A stretch of 64,000 nt of DNA from an uncultured Candidatus Saccharibacteria bacterium (GTDB lineage Bacteria > Patescibacteriota > Minisyncoccia > Phycocordibacterales > UBA918), in assembly GCA_964350735.1 (NCBI GenBank), contig CAYGKO010000001.1, positions 310,578 to 374,577 on the forward strand, read 5' to 3'. The position numbers and the translations under genes are program-made. The stretch's first letter is position 1, and every line of letters starts with the position of its first letter. A model generated the notes under the pieces. It searched no databases. It worked only from the letters and a program-made list of their open reading frames with translations, and was not told the DNA's origin. Positions 49,042 to 57,652 of this stretch are shown piece after piece.

Positions 49042-49685
49042 CGTTTAGAGCTAGCACGAGACATTATGTTTCGTGCTGGTTTTGGTATAATTGCATTATG
49101 GATTGGATCAGTGTCGTACAAAGTCTACTCGTCGCAGTCGTTACTGCTATTGTTGTGTCATTAATTAACCACTACTTAACAACGGCTCAGCGCAAGAAAA
49201 ACGAGATTCGAGAAATGAAACGTAAAGCATATTCTGAATTGTTAGACAGTTCCAGAGCGTTTTTGGATGATCCAAATCTAAGTAAAGATGAAAGGAGAGC
49301 TATAAAAAAGAAATTTTTAGAAAAATACTACAATGAAATTATCCTATTTGCCGATACTGATGTTCAGAATGGAATCGAGGATTTTGTAAAAACTGGGGGA
49401 GTGTCTTCAACAAATCCTGGTTCACAAGTTTCAAAACTTAAGAATATGATTATCTCTATAAGAAAAGATTTGGAATTTGAAGATTCAGTTTCAGAAGACT
49501 TTAAAATGTATTCTCTTGATATAGGTGAAGAAAGAGATTAGCGCTCGAGACACTATTGTACCAAAATCTGAGAAGTAGCTAATCGGTCAAGCCTGGCTTA
49601 ACATCACACGGTTCTCACCACAAGAGTATTTCCGAAATTATATTCCAGTAAACTTTTATTAATTTCTAGGTCAACTCGAGACCGC
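49042..49685. mobile_element. Non-autonomous mini-element 3 with the same ends as element 1
   Basis: 49027-49063 matches 16944-16980 at 36/37 nt; 49543-49615 aligns with 42732-42804; CTCGAGACCGC-CCGC at 49675-49689. Confidence 0.7.
49098..49541 (+). CDS. Hypothetical protein with N-terminal TM (cargo of mini-element 3)
   Basis: 147 aa; stop codon abuts the GCTCGAGACACTAT repeat. Confidence 0.75.
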   Translation: MDWISVVQSLLVAVVTAIVVSLINHYLTTAQRKKNEIREMKRKAYSELLDSSRAFLDDPNLSKDERRAIKKKFLEKYYNEIILFADTDVQNGIEDFVKTGGVSSTNPGSQVSKLKNMIISIRKDLEFEDSVSEDFKMYSLDIGEERD

Positions 49686-49837
49686 CCGCAGATGCCAAAC
49701 CCCAACAGAGCTTAAGCTCTGTTGGGGTTTGCTGCATTCTGCGCGAGAGTAAGGGGTTACTAATATTTTGCACCTTCGCCAGGAGTCACCTGGCGATCTA
49801 CATTTGTTTAATAGGTTTATGCTGCTATACTTTTTAT

Positions 49838-50302
49838 ATGAAAAAATTTCTATATCTAAACTTCAGCGTCCTGTTTTTGCTTGCTGCTCTGGTTATCTTT
49901 CCTAAAAGTTTGATTCAAGGTATTGGAATTTCAATCCTATTTACACCGTTGCTGCTCGTTTACATACTCCTGCTCGGAGCTGCGCTTGTTTTTGTTTTTA
50001 AAGCAAGAAATCCATTAAGTAAAATGGTTAGCAAGATACTTCTGGGAGGTAATTTATTGTTTATAGCACTCTTTGCTTTAGATGCTATAAACTTGAGCGC
50101 TTACCCTAGATATCTGCCGTTCTTTTTAATTTCTAAGCCGTTTTTTGTTGCATACCTGTTTTTGATTAGCGTCCTTAGTTTTGTGGCTCTGTTTAAACTT
50201 CAATTTTCATCGCGTGCAAAATTAGTAGTGATAGTAGCCGCCTCATTAATTTTAGTTTATTCAATTGTTCTGTTTCGGGCACATATAAACTTGATGCAGT
50301 AG
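49838..50302 (+). CDS. Multi-pass membrane protein
   Basis: 154 aa, very hydrophobic, AT-rich. Confidence 0.65.
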   Translation: MKKFLYLNFSVLFLLAALVIFPKSLIQGIGISILFTPLLLVYILLLGAALVFVFKARNPLSKMVSKILLGGNLLFIALFALDAINLSAYPRYLPFFLISKPFFVAYLFLISVLSFVALFKLQFSSRAKLVVIVAASLILVYSIVLFRAHINLMQ

Positions 50303-50430
50303 TTCTGAAGTTGTTAAAACAGCACTCGAGACTTTATTCATCAGTCGTTATCAATCTTGGATATAAAAAACAAGCGGATCGAAGCATTAAACTAATCACT
50401 CAATTAGAGCAGCGGTAATATACTCACTCT

Positions 50431-51075
50431 ATGAATATTCTCTCTCGGCCGGTCTACATTGCTGTTGCTGCTATGGCGGCGACGGTAATCATTTCCAATA
50501 TATTAGTGCAGCATCTGTTTGGAAATTGGTTAACGCTCGCTGCGTTTACCTACCCGATCGCTTTTTTGATTACCGACATCACGAACCGTACAATGGGGAG
50601 TAAGAAGGCTAAGCAGGTTGTACTTGTCGGATTTGTTGTAGGAGTTGTATGTTCACTGATCGCCTCCCAGATAGTGAATGCAGATGGGGCGGCTTTGACC
50701 ACGCTCCGGATTGCTATAGGGTCAGGGACGGCCTTCTTGATCGCTCAGCTGGTAGACGTGTCTGTTTTTAACCGATTGCGAAATAGGGTCTGGTGGCGAG
50801 CGCCGCTTACGTCCACACTGGTTGGAGCGACTCTTGATTCAATTATATTTTTTACGATTGCCTTCTCAGCCATATTTGTTTTCATCGACCCGACTGACCC
50901 TAATGGTTGGGCTCTCGATTTAGTCCCACTTCTGGGTGTTGGCCCACTACTGCCACTTTGGGTAAGTTTGGCGGTGGCTGATTTTATAGTGAAGCTCTCG
51001 GTAGCACTTTTGGCTCTTATCCCATTCCGGCTGCTTACAAAGCAGAAGGAAACTACGACATATGGAATTAATTAG
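50431..51075 (+). CDS. Queuosine precursor transporter (YhhQ/VUT family)
   Basis: ISNILVQ, AFTYPIAFLITDITNR, AFLIAQLVDV, STLVGATLDSIIFF. Confidence 0.9.
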   Translation: MNILSRPVYIAVAAMAATVIISNILVQHLFGNWLTLAAFTYPIAFLITDITNRTMGSKKAKQVVLVGFVVGVVCSLIASQIVNADGAALTTLRIAIGSGTAFLIAQLVDVSVFNRLRNRVWWRAPLTSTLVGATLDSIIFFTIAFSAIFVFIDPTDPNGWALDLVPLLGVGPLLPLWVSLAVADFIVKLSVALLALIPFRLLTKQKETTTYGIN

Positions 51076-51367
51076 TACATCTCTTGGTCAAATGATCGTC
51101 GCTATTTTTGTTGTAATAAACACAGCTGCCTTTTGGGTGATGGCTTACGACAAACGAAAAGCGGTACGTGGATATAATGCTGAGCGTACGCCGGAGGGAG
51201 TACTGTTTTTTATGGCAGCACTTTTCGGGAGTGGGGGCGTATATCTGGGTATGTTTATCTTCCGGCACAAGATTCGCACCTGGTATTTCCAGCTCGGCAT
51301 CCCACTTCTTATATTGCAGAATGCGGCGACAGTATATCTGGTGTGGGAGATGATACAGATGCTATAA
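51062..51367 (+). CDS. DUF1294 domain protein
   Basis: MAYDKRKA..RTPEGVLF..GMFIFRHKIR. Confidence 0.88.
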   Translation: MELISTSLGQMIVAIFVVINTAAFWVMAYDKRKAVRGYNAERTPEGVLFFMAALFGSGGVYLGMFIFRHKIRTWYFQLGIPLLILQNAATVYLVWEMIQML

Positions 51368-51368
51368 A

Positions 51369-51442
51369 CTAAGACTCGTATTCTGCAATTGCGTCCATAA
51401 ACTTTTGCCAAATTTCTTTAGTTTCTTGTCGCCGACACCGTT
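51369..51442 (-). pseudogene. Frameshifted relic of a RecQ/HRDC C-terminus
   Basis: NGVGDKKLKKFGK / FMDAIAEYES* versus recQ end NGVGEKKLKKFGATFMSAIKEYEGG*. Confidence 0.7.
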
Positions 51443-51534
51443 TGTCCAGCGATTTGCCCAAGGGCAGAACAAATCGGGACATAAATTCAGAATAGTCGCC
51501 ACGCTCGTTTCTTCATTTAATTTCTAAAAACGCT

Positions 51535-53031
51535 TTAGCCGCCTTCGTACTCTTTGATTGCTGACATAAAGGTAGCTCCAAATTTTTTCAACTTTTTCTC
51601 ACCCACACCGTTTATTTTCAGGAAGGCGGCTTTGGTTTGGGGTTTGTGTTGGCACATGCCGCGGAGTGCCTTGTCGCCGAATACTATATATGGTGCGACG
51701 CGCAGGCGCTTTGATTCGCGCATCCGCAGTTGCTTGAGGATGTCAAAGAGATCACTATCGTAGTCGCCGTCGTCCACACTTGTTGTGCGACGATTTGATT
51801 TGAATGGACGCGACTTTGCTTTCACAGTTGCTGGCTCGAGGGCATCAAAGGTGATGCAACGGTCGCAGTTGACGCAATTGTCTGCTGCGTAGTCTTCATT
51901 AAAATATTGCAGCAGGAACTTTCGTCGACAGGAACTTAGTCTGCCATACTCGAGGGTTTGGTCGAGATTACTTTGCGCTTGAGCCTTTTCTTCTGCGTTG
52001 CTGATCAGGCTGATGAAATAATCTTGTTTGTATTTGTCGGCGTTCGAGAAAAGTAAGACGCAGCGGGCAGGGAGTCCATCACGGCCGGCGCGGCCAGTTT
52101 CTTGGTAGTAGCCTTCGATTGATTTGGGGAGGCTGTGGTGTATGACTAAACGCACGTCAGGTTTGTCGATCCCCATCCCGAAGGCGATCGTGGCGACCAT
52201 GATATGAATCTCGTCACGAATAAAAGCGTCTTGGTTGTCACATCGCTTGTCGGCAGATAGTCCAGCGTGGTAGGTGCCGGCCCGGTGGCCTTCGGCCTTG
52301 AGTTTCTTTGCTAGATTCTCAGTGTCTTTGCGGGAGAAGCAGTAGATGATGACGCTTTCTTTTGGGTAGAGCTCGATGAGCGACAGGATGGTACCAAAGG
52401 ATTCTTTTTTAGGCAGGACTTCGTAGCTGAGGTTCTCGCGGTTGAAGCTCGAGGTAAAGATATGAGGAGCGGGGAGGTTGAGTTGCTTCACAATGTCGTC
52501 GCGGACTTTCTGAGTAGCTGTCGCTGTGAGAGCAATGATCGGGACAGTGGGGAAGTTGGTCCGTAATTGATTGAGGTTGCGGTAGTCGGGCCGGAAGTCA
52601 TGACCCCATTCGGAAATACAGTGCGCTTCATCGATCGCGAAGAGACTGATTGGTAGCGTCTGTAGTAATTCTTGAAAGCCAGGGACGGACAACCGCTCTG
52701 GGGCAATATAGAGAAGCTTGGTGGTGCCACTTTGCACGTCGCGCAAGATCTGTACTTTTTCGTCGGCGGTCAAGGTGCTATTGAGATAGGCAGCGTTGAT
52801 ACCGTTCTGTTTCAGCGCATCAACCTGATCTTTCATCAGGGAGATGAGTGGTGAGACTACGACTGTTAGACCGTCTTGGAGCAGAGTCGGCAGCTGAAAA
52901 CACAGTGACTTACCACCACCAGTTGGCATCAGTACCAAACAGTCTTCTTTCTCAAGCACCCGCTCAATGATGTCTTGCTGCAGGGGTCGGAACTCGTCGT
53001 AGCCGAAGTGGGTTTTGAGGGTTTCGTGCAT
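51535..53031 (-). CDS. recQ: ATP-dependent DNA helicase RecQ
   Basis: MPTGGGKSLC, DEAHCISEWGHDFRP, YYQETGRAGRDG, Zn-binding Cys cluster, HRDC; likely start MHETLK. Confidence 0.96.
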   Translation of the reverse strand: MHETLKTHFGYDEFRPLQQDIIERVLEKEDCLVLMPTGGGKSLCFQLPTLLQDGLTVVVSPLISLMKDQVDALKQNGINAAYLNSTLTADEKVQILRDVQSGTTKLLYIAPERLSVPGFQELLQTLPISLFAIDEAHCISEWGHDFRPDYRNLNQLRTNFPTVPIIALTATATQKVRDDIVKQLNLPAPHIFTSSFNRENLSYEVLPKKESFGTILSLIELYPKESVIIYCFSRKDTENLAKKLKAEGHRAGTYHAGLSADKRCDNQDAFIRDEIHIMVATIAFGMGIDKPDVRLVIHHSLPKSIEGYYQETGRAGRDGLPARCVLLFSNADKYKQDYFISLISNAEEKAQAQSNLDQTLEYGRLSSCRRKFLLQYFNEDYAADNCVNCDRCITFDALEPATVKAKSRPFKSNRRTTSVDDGDYDSDLFDILKQLRMRESKRLRVAPYIVFGDKALRGMCQHKPQTKAAFLKINGVGEKKLKKFGATFMSAIKEYEGG

Positions 53032-53161
53032 GTAAGACTGCAGTATCTCACGTTGCGCTGATATTTGAAATGAGTCTTGGTATGAAAGGTTTCGCTCGGG
53101 ATGCTCTGACCGGGATTGGCTACTTGTCCACAGCATAAAAACCAAAATTGTATTTTAGACG

Positions 53162-53207
53162 TATAATGCAAGTATTGGAGGCCGCCCTTTAAAGGGCGGC
53201 CTCTTTC
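53162..53207 (+). promoter_or_regulatory. -10 box followed by TATTGGAGGCCG leader hairpin
   Basis: TATAAT at 53162, GAGGCCGCCCTTT/AAAGGGCGGCCTC palindrome. Confidence 0.55.
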
Positions 53208-53255
53208 GTGCCTCGGCACATAGTATTCATTTAATAATTAAACCAATTTATATTT

Positions 53256-53960
53256 ATGAGTAACGTAAAAGTAATTGAAAAACAGTTGACAGCTGTTCTG
53301 ATGGGAGCTGTCGCTTGTTTTGCATTTTTCGCCTTGAGTATCTCACCAGCCCAGGCTGAAGAGACAGACGGAGGAGAGCAAATGAATGGTGGACGGGAAG
53401 CGATGATGGAAAAGGTGCAAACGCTGCGGGCCCTGATTGAAGCGCGCCGGGGTGAAGTACAAGAAAATCAGGCTGAACGTAAAGAAGAGCGACAGGAAAA
53501 TCGAGCAGAATATAAAGAAGCGCAAAAAGAAAATAAAACCAACTTCATGGCCAGCATCGCTGACCTTGAAGGCGAAGAGAAACGAGCCGCAATCATGGAG
53601 TTCATGATGTCACTGCGAGCACAGATTGAAGAGCGGAAAGCGGCAGCAGAAGAAATGAAAGCTGAGGTGATGGACAACCGAGCTGAGCGTAAAGAAATGC
53701 GCGCAGACGCAAAAGCTGACTTTAAAGATATGACGCGAGAAGAGAAGATTGCCGCTATTATGGCCCGGATTGCTAAACTCCAGTCAGGCAATGACATGGA
53801 TGAGTCTGAAGACGAAGAAGAAATCGAATCAGAAGATTCTGATGAAACTGAGGAGTCAGACGATGACTCTGAAGACGCTGATGAGTCTGATGATGATTCA
53901 GAATCTGAAGAAGGGTCAGATGACGAAGATGACGCAGATGAAGCAGTGGCGGCAGAATAA
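53256..53960 (+). CDS. Secreted coiled-coil protein with very acidic tail
   Basis: Signal peptide ending AQA, E/K/R/M-rich helices, D/E/S-rich C-terminus. Confidence 0.8.
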   Translation: MSNVKVIEKQLTAVLMGAVACFAFFALSISPAQAEETDGGEQMNGGREAMMEKVQTLRALIEARRGEVQENQAERKEERQENRAEYKEAQKENKTNFMASIADLEGEEKRAAIMEFMMSLRAQIEERKAAAEEMKAEVMDNRAERKEMRADAKADFKDMTREEKIAAIMARIAKLQSGNDMDESEDEEEIESEDSDETEESDDDSEDADESDDDSESEEGSDDEDDADEAVAAE

Positions 53961-53979
53961 TTTTGATTTGATCAAGATT

Positions 53980-54007
53980 ACAAAAAGACCCGTGAGGGTC
54001 TTTTTGT
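53980..54007. terminator. Bidirectional intrinsic terminator
   Basis: ACAAAAAGACCC-GTGA-GGGTCTTTTTGT. Confidence 0.85.
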
Positions 54008-54008
54008 T

Positions 54009-54365
54009 TTAGTGTTTTTTACAAGTTCCTTTCAGTGTTAATTCAAAATCTTCAATAGAGAAATTTTTCAAACGGAGCATTTTCTTTACTTCTTCATCGG
54101 CTATTTCAAAGTGAAGGACTTTGTTGCAGTCATTGCAAATGGCGTGATGGTGGGGTTTTTCCTGATACTCGTATTCGGCTTCACCACTGGTGAGGTGAAA
54201 TTGCTTAATTAATTTCTCCTTAGTGAATAGCTCAAGGTTTCGGTAAATGGTCACTAAATCAATTGAGGGTAGGGCAGTGTGAATTTCTGCCGCCCGCATG
54301 GTGCCGGGTTGTTTTTTCAATACGTCGAGGATTGCTTGACGTTTTTTAGTAAGTCGGATATTCAT
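54009..54365 (-). CDS. Fur family regulator (Zur-like by context)
   Basis: RLTKKRQAIL, TIYRNL, HHHAICNDC, GTC. Confidence 0.9.
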   Translation of the reverse strand: MNIRLTKKRQAILDVLKKQPGTMRAAEIHTALPSIDLVTIYRNLELFTKEKLIKQFHLTSGEAEYEYQEKPHHHAICNDCNKVLHFEIADEEVKKMLRLKNFSIEDFELTLKGTCKKH

Positions 54366-54426
54366 ATGCAAATGACTTGCATTATAGCAAGACCGCAGTA
54401 TACTAGCAATTGCAAATGATTTGCAT
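54366..54426. promoter_or_regulatory. Two Fur/Zur-type operator palindromes
   Basis: ATGCAAATGACTTGCAT (54366-54382) and TTGCAAATGATTTGCAT (54410-54426). Confidence 0.75.
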
Positions 54427-54448
54427 TACTACTGTTTAAATTTTAATT

Positions 54449-55264
54449 ATGTTTTTAGATGCTATTTTAGCCGCGTGTGTAGTTGCCGCCGCTTCATTAG
54501 TTGGAGCGCTCTTTTTTGGGAATAGTCGCAGCTTAGTGGGTGTGCAACGATTTGTGGTGCCAGTAGCAGTTGGTGTTTTCTTGAGTATCGTATTATTCGA
54601 ACTGATTCCAGTAACTTTGGCTGCGGCACCGACTATTGGTGGAATTGTGATTGCGCTAGGGTTTGTGGCCTTTTATATTTTGGCTCAAGTACTGCATCAG
54701 CGGTATCACCATTTGGATGTGGCTGACTGTGACCGTCGGGGAGCAGCTGTCTTGCTGCTGGTGAGTAATACTATTCACGGAGTTGCCGATGGAGTGATCC
54801 TTGGAAGCGCATTTTTATTAAACCCGGCGGCCGGGTTTGCGGTCGCCGTGGGATTGGCGGCGCATAAAATCCCGTTGGAGATTGTGGAATTTGGTGTGTT
54901 GGTACGTGGTGGGTATTCTTACATGGAAGCAATTGTTCGAAACCTTCTCTCGTCTAGTAGTATTTTACTGGGAACAATTTTAGTATTTGTGTTGTCTGAA
55001 CATGCAATGGATTCAGTTTGGATTATTACTGGATTTGCGGCTGGTAATTTATTATTCTTGGCGGCTAGTGATTTGCTGCCTCGGATCCACGGAAATTTAG
55101 AAATGTATAGAAGTGTCTGGCACGCTACAGCTGCAATACTGTTTGGGTTTGTGGTTATGACCACGGTGCTTGTATGGAGTCATGAATTTACTCCGGCACA
55201 TGAGGGACACGATCATGGAATAGAATCGTCTGAACATCATGATGATCACGGACACGCACACTAA
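54449..55264 (+). CDS. ZIP family metal transporter
   Basis: HGVADG, HKIPLE, FAAGNLLFLAASDLLP, His-rich tail. Confidence 0.88.
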   Translation: MFLDAILAACVVAAASLVGALFFGNSRSLVGVQRFVVPVAVGVFLSIVLFELIPVTLAAAPTIGGIVIALGFVAFYILAQVLHQRYHHLDVADCDRRGAAVLLLVSNTIHGVADGVILGSAFLLNPAAGFAVAVGLAAHKIPLEIVEFGVLVRGGYSYMEAIVRNLLSSSSILLGTILVFVLSEHAMDSVWIITGFAAGNLLFLAASDLLPRIHGNLEMYRSVWHATAAILFGFVVMTTVLVWSHEFTPAHEGHDHGIESSEHHDDHGHAH

Positions 55265-55274
55265 GAGGAGGTAG

Positions 55275-55314
55275 TAACAAAAAAGCGCGACCTTAAGGTC
55301 GCGCTTTTTTGTTA
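55275..55314. terminator. Bidirectional intrinsic terminator
   Basis: TAACAAAAAAGCGCGACC-TTAA-GGTCGCGCTTTTTTGTTA. Confidence 0.9.
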
Positions 55315-55698
55315 AGCGATTTCCAGCTTAGTTTTTATTTTTTCTACAATCTCAGTCAGCTTCCAGTCGGTCTTAACTAGGTATTCAAAATTGACCCCAC
55401 CTGGAATGACAGCATCAGATATTTTGCTAATGTCAGATTGAGCGGTCAACATCATGACTGGCACATTTACACCCCAGCCTGCATCAGTTCGAATTTGAGT
55501 CAGGGCTGCGACGCCGTCTACTTTTGGCATTTGTAGATCGAGTACCAGTAGATCAGGTTTTTCTACCGTAGCGACTGCAATTGCTTCAGCTCCGTCGGCA
55601 ACTGTAATAACTTCTAGTCCTGATGACCGGAGAGCGGTTGCTAAGGCTTCTCGTAAATCAGCTTCATCGTCGGCAACTAAAACTTTTTTTGTATCCAT
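55312..55698 (-). CDS. Single-domain response regulator
   Basis: VLVADDE, LLVLDLQMP, MLTA, YLVK. Confidence 0.9.
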   Translation of the reverse strand: MDTKKVLVADDEADLREALATALRSSGLEVITVADGAEAIAVATVEKPDLLVLDLQMPKVDGVAALTQIRTDAGWGVNVPVMMLTAQSDISKISDAVIPGGVNFEYLVKTDWKLTEIVEKIKTKLEIA

Positions 55699-55714
55699 AT
55701 AGTCGAATTGTACC

Positions 55715-57007
55715 TTATGTTCGAGGGATGCTGACCGTAAAAGTAGTGCCTTGGTTAATAACGGATTGTACCGCTATGGTACCGCCCAGTTTTTCGATTG
55801 CTTGCGACACTATATATAGTCCCAGGCCAGTCCCTTCGGTCACTTCATTTTTAGCATTAGTGGCGCGGAAGAACTTACTAAACAGCTGTGTCTGCTCAGC
55901 CTCAGGGATACCCATGCCAGTATCGGTGACCGTGAAAGTGATTTGATGTTGATCAGCTGTATAGGCAACCGTAACGGCACCAGTGTCTGGTGTGTACTTA
56001 ACCGCATTAGAAACGAGGTTGCTGATAGCATTATGAAGAAGGTGTTCATCAGTTTTGAGTGTGAGTGTGCCGCCAGGATAGTTTTTGTTAAACGAAATGT
56101 TCTTGCGGGCAATACGTTCGGTAAATTCTTCATAGATTTTTTCCAGAAACGAATTCAGCTCAACTGAAATAATTTCAGTTGCAAAAGTTCCCATTTCCAG
56201 TTGTGAGACATCAAGGAAGTCGTTGATGATTAGATTCATCTTTTCGGTATTGCGGGAAATTTTTTGGAGGTACGCTTTTTGCTCTACAGTCAGCGGCCCT
56301 AAGTTTTCTCCCGCCATTAATTCAATGTTCCAGCGCATGGCTGATATTGGAGTTCGTAATTGATGTGAGGCGAGACTGACAAATTCACTCTTGGCTTTGT
56401 CGACTTCTTTTTGTTTAGTAATATCAAATAGGGTGAGCAGACTTTCCTGGTTGTGACCGTAGGGAAAAGAGGAGAGTAAGGCCCACTGAATCGCACCACT
56501 GGTGTTTTGAGTGGAAATCTCTTCGTCATTTATATATTGACCGCGACGTATAAGAGTTGGCAGGAGTTCAGATTTTTGGGTGTCACTAACAGTGAGTAGA
56601 GAAAAAATATCGAGACCATCTAGGCGGCCTTCTTCCACTTTAAAGAATCGCAACATCGCATTGTTTACTGAAATGATCGTACCGTTACGTTTCATGCGCA
56701 AGTAGGGGACGGGACTGTTTTTGTAGAGCTCATGAAAGAGCTCATTAGAGGCGGTCAGGTCTTCGTTCATCGCTGCAGCAATTATGCGAGCGGTGCCAGT
56801 AGTATGAAGCAGTTGAATGAGGTTGGTGACAGTCAGAAAAATGATCGCAAGGAAGCAGTAGGCAAAATATTTTGCTGTTGTGTGCGCAGGGTCTGGAAAT
56901 AGATAACCAATGATTAGAAATCCGCCAATGATCAAAAGACTTAGGAAGACCAATAAAAATATTTTTGGAGATGTGCTCACTCGCATATGCTCCATATATC
57001 GTAGCAT
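55715..57007 (-). CDS. PAS-domain sensor histidine kinase
   Basis: FVSLASHQLRTP, NLVSNAVKY, DTGMGI, GTGLGL. Confidence 0.93.
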   Translation of the reverse strand: MLRYMEHMRVSTSPKIFLLVFLSLLIIGGFLIIGYLFPDPAHTTAKYFAYCFLAIIFLTVTNLIQLLHTTGTARIIAAAMNEDLTASNELFHELYKNSPVPYLRMKRNGTIISVNNAMLRFFKVEEGRLDGLDIFSLLTVSDTQKSELLPTLIRRGQYINDEEISTQNTSGAIQWALLSSFPYGHNQESLLTLFDITKQKEVDKAKSEFVSLASHQLRTPISAMRWNIELMAGENLGPLTVEQKAYLQKISRNTEKMNLIINDFLDVSQLEMGTFATEIISVELNSFLEKIYEEFTERIARKNISFNKNYPGGTLTLKTDEHLLHNAISNLVSNAVKYTPDTGAVTVAYTADQHQITFTVTDTGMGIPEAEQTQLFSKFFRATNAKNEVTEGTGLGLYIVSQAIEKLGGTIAVQSVINQGTTFTVSIPRT

Positions 57008-57010
57008 GCA

Positions 57011-57610
57011 CTAATGGGCAATCGCGAGACAAAGAACAGAATAATTTTTAGAAGTTAGTACGGCGCGCTTTGCAGCCCCAAGAGTCGCTCCGGTAGTGAC
57101 GACATCGTCACAAATAATAAGTTGTTTTATGGGAGGAGAGCTTTTTAGTTTAAACACAGCTCTTGTTTCCATATTTTTAATCCGCTCTTGCCGTGACAAA
57201 TTAGCTTGTGGGGGTGTGTGTTGAGGGCGTTCAAGTAGTGGTTCTATTGGATTAGAGATCTTTGTACCACCAGTTAAAATGGAAGTGACCTGGTTGTGAC
57301 CTCTTTCCCTAAGTCTTTGTGCGGAGAGCGGGACTGGAACTAATAGGAGAGCGGTCTTTTGGTGTGTTGTAAGGTAGTGTGCAATGATTCCATGTAACAG
57401 TTTTTGAGCGTGCTTGTTATCGTAAAATTTAGCCTCAACAACACAAGCTCGAACTGCAGGGTGCTTATACGGGAGTAGCGCGATCCAGTTTGGTGTAACG
57501 ACTGGTTGTACCAGCTTGCGTAGATCCTCTATGGTTGTTTTTGAAACAATGAGAGCGGTACTCCGTTTTGGGAGTATGATTGCCCACAAAGATGCGATAA
57601 AAGTAAACAT
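57011..57610 (-). CDS. comF: ComF family phosphoribosyltransferase-like protein
   Basis: VPVPLS..RERGHNQ, ICDDVVTTGATL. Confidence 0.85.
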   Translation of the reverse strand: MFTFIASLWAIILPKRSTALIVSKTTIEDLRKLVQPVVTPNWIALLPYKHPAVRACVVEAKFYDNKHAQKLLHGIIAHYLTTHQKTALLLVPVPLSAQRLRERGHNQVTSILTGGTKISNPIEPLLERPQHTPPQANLSRQERIKNMETRAVFKLKSSPPIKQLIICDDVVTTGATLGAAKRAVLTSKNYSVLCLAIAH

Positions 57611-57652
57611 TTTTTAGTACTGTAGCATGCTAGAATATGAAATAAATTGAGT

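Noticed and set aside
16944-49063. One 32-kb island bounded by the 37-bp direct repeat
   Set aside because: The repeat extends into element-end sequence on the same side in both copies, which fits two separate insertions better than one attL/attR pair; not fully excluded
53795-53945. GATGA-rich tandem-like repeats
   Set aside because: Explained by the low-complexity Asp/Glu/Ser tail of the encoded protein
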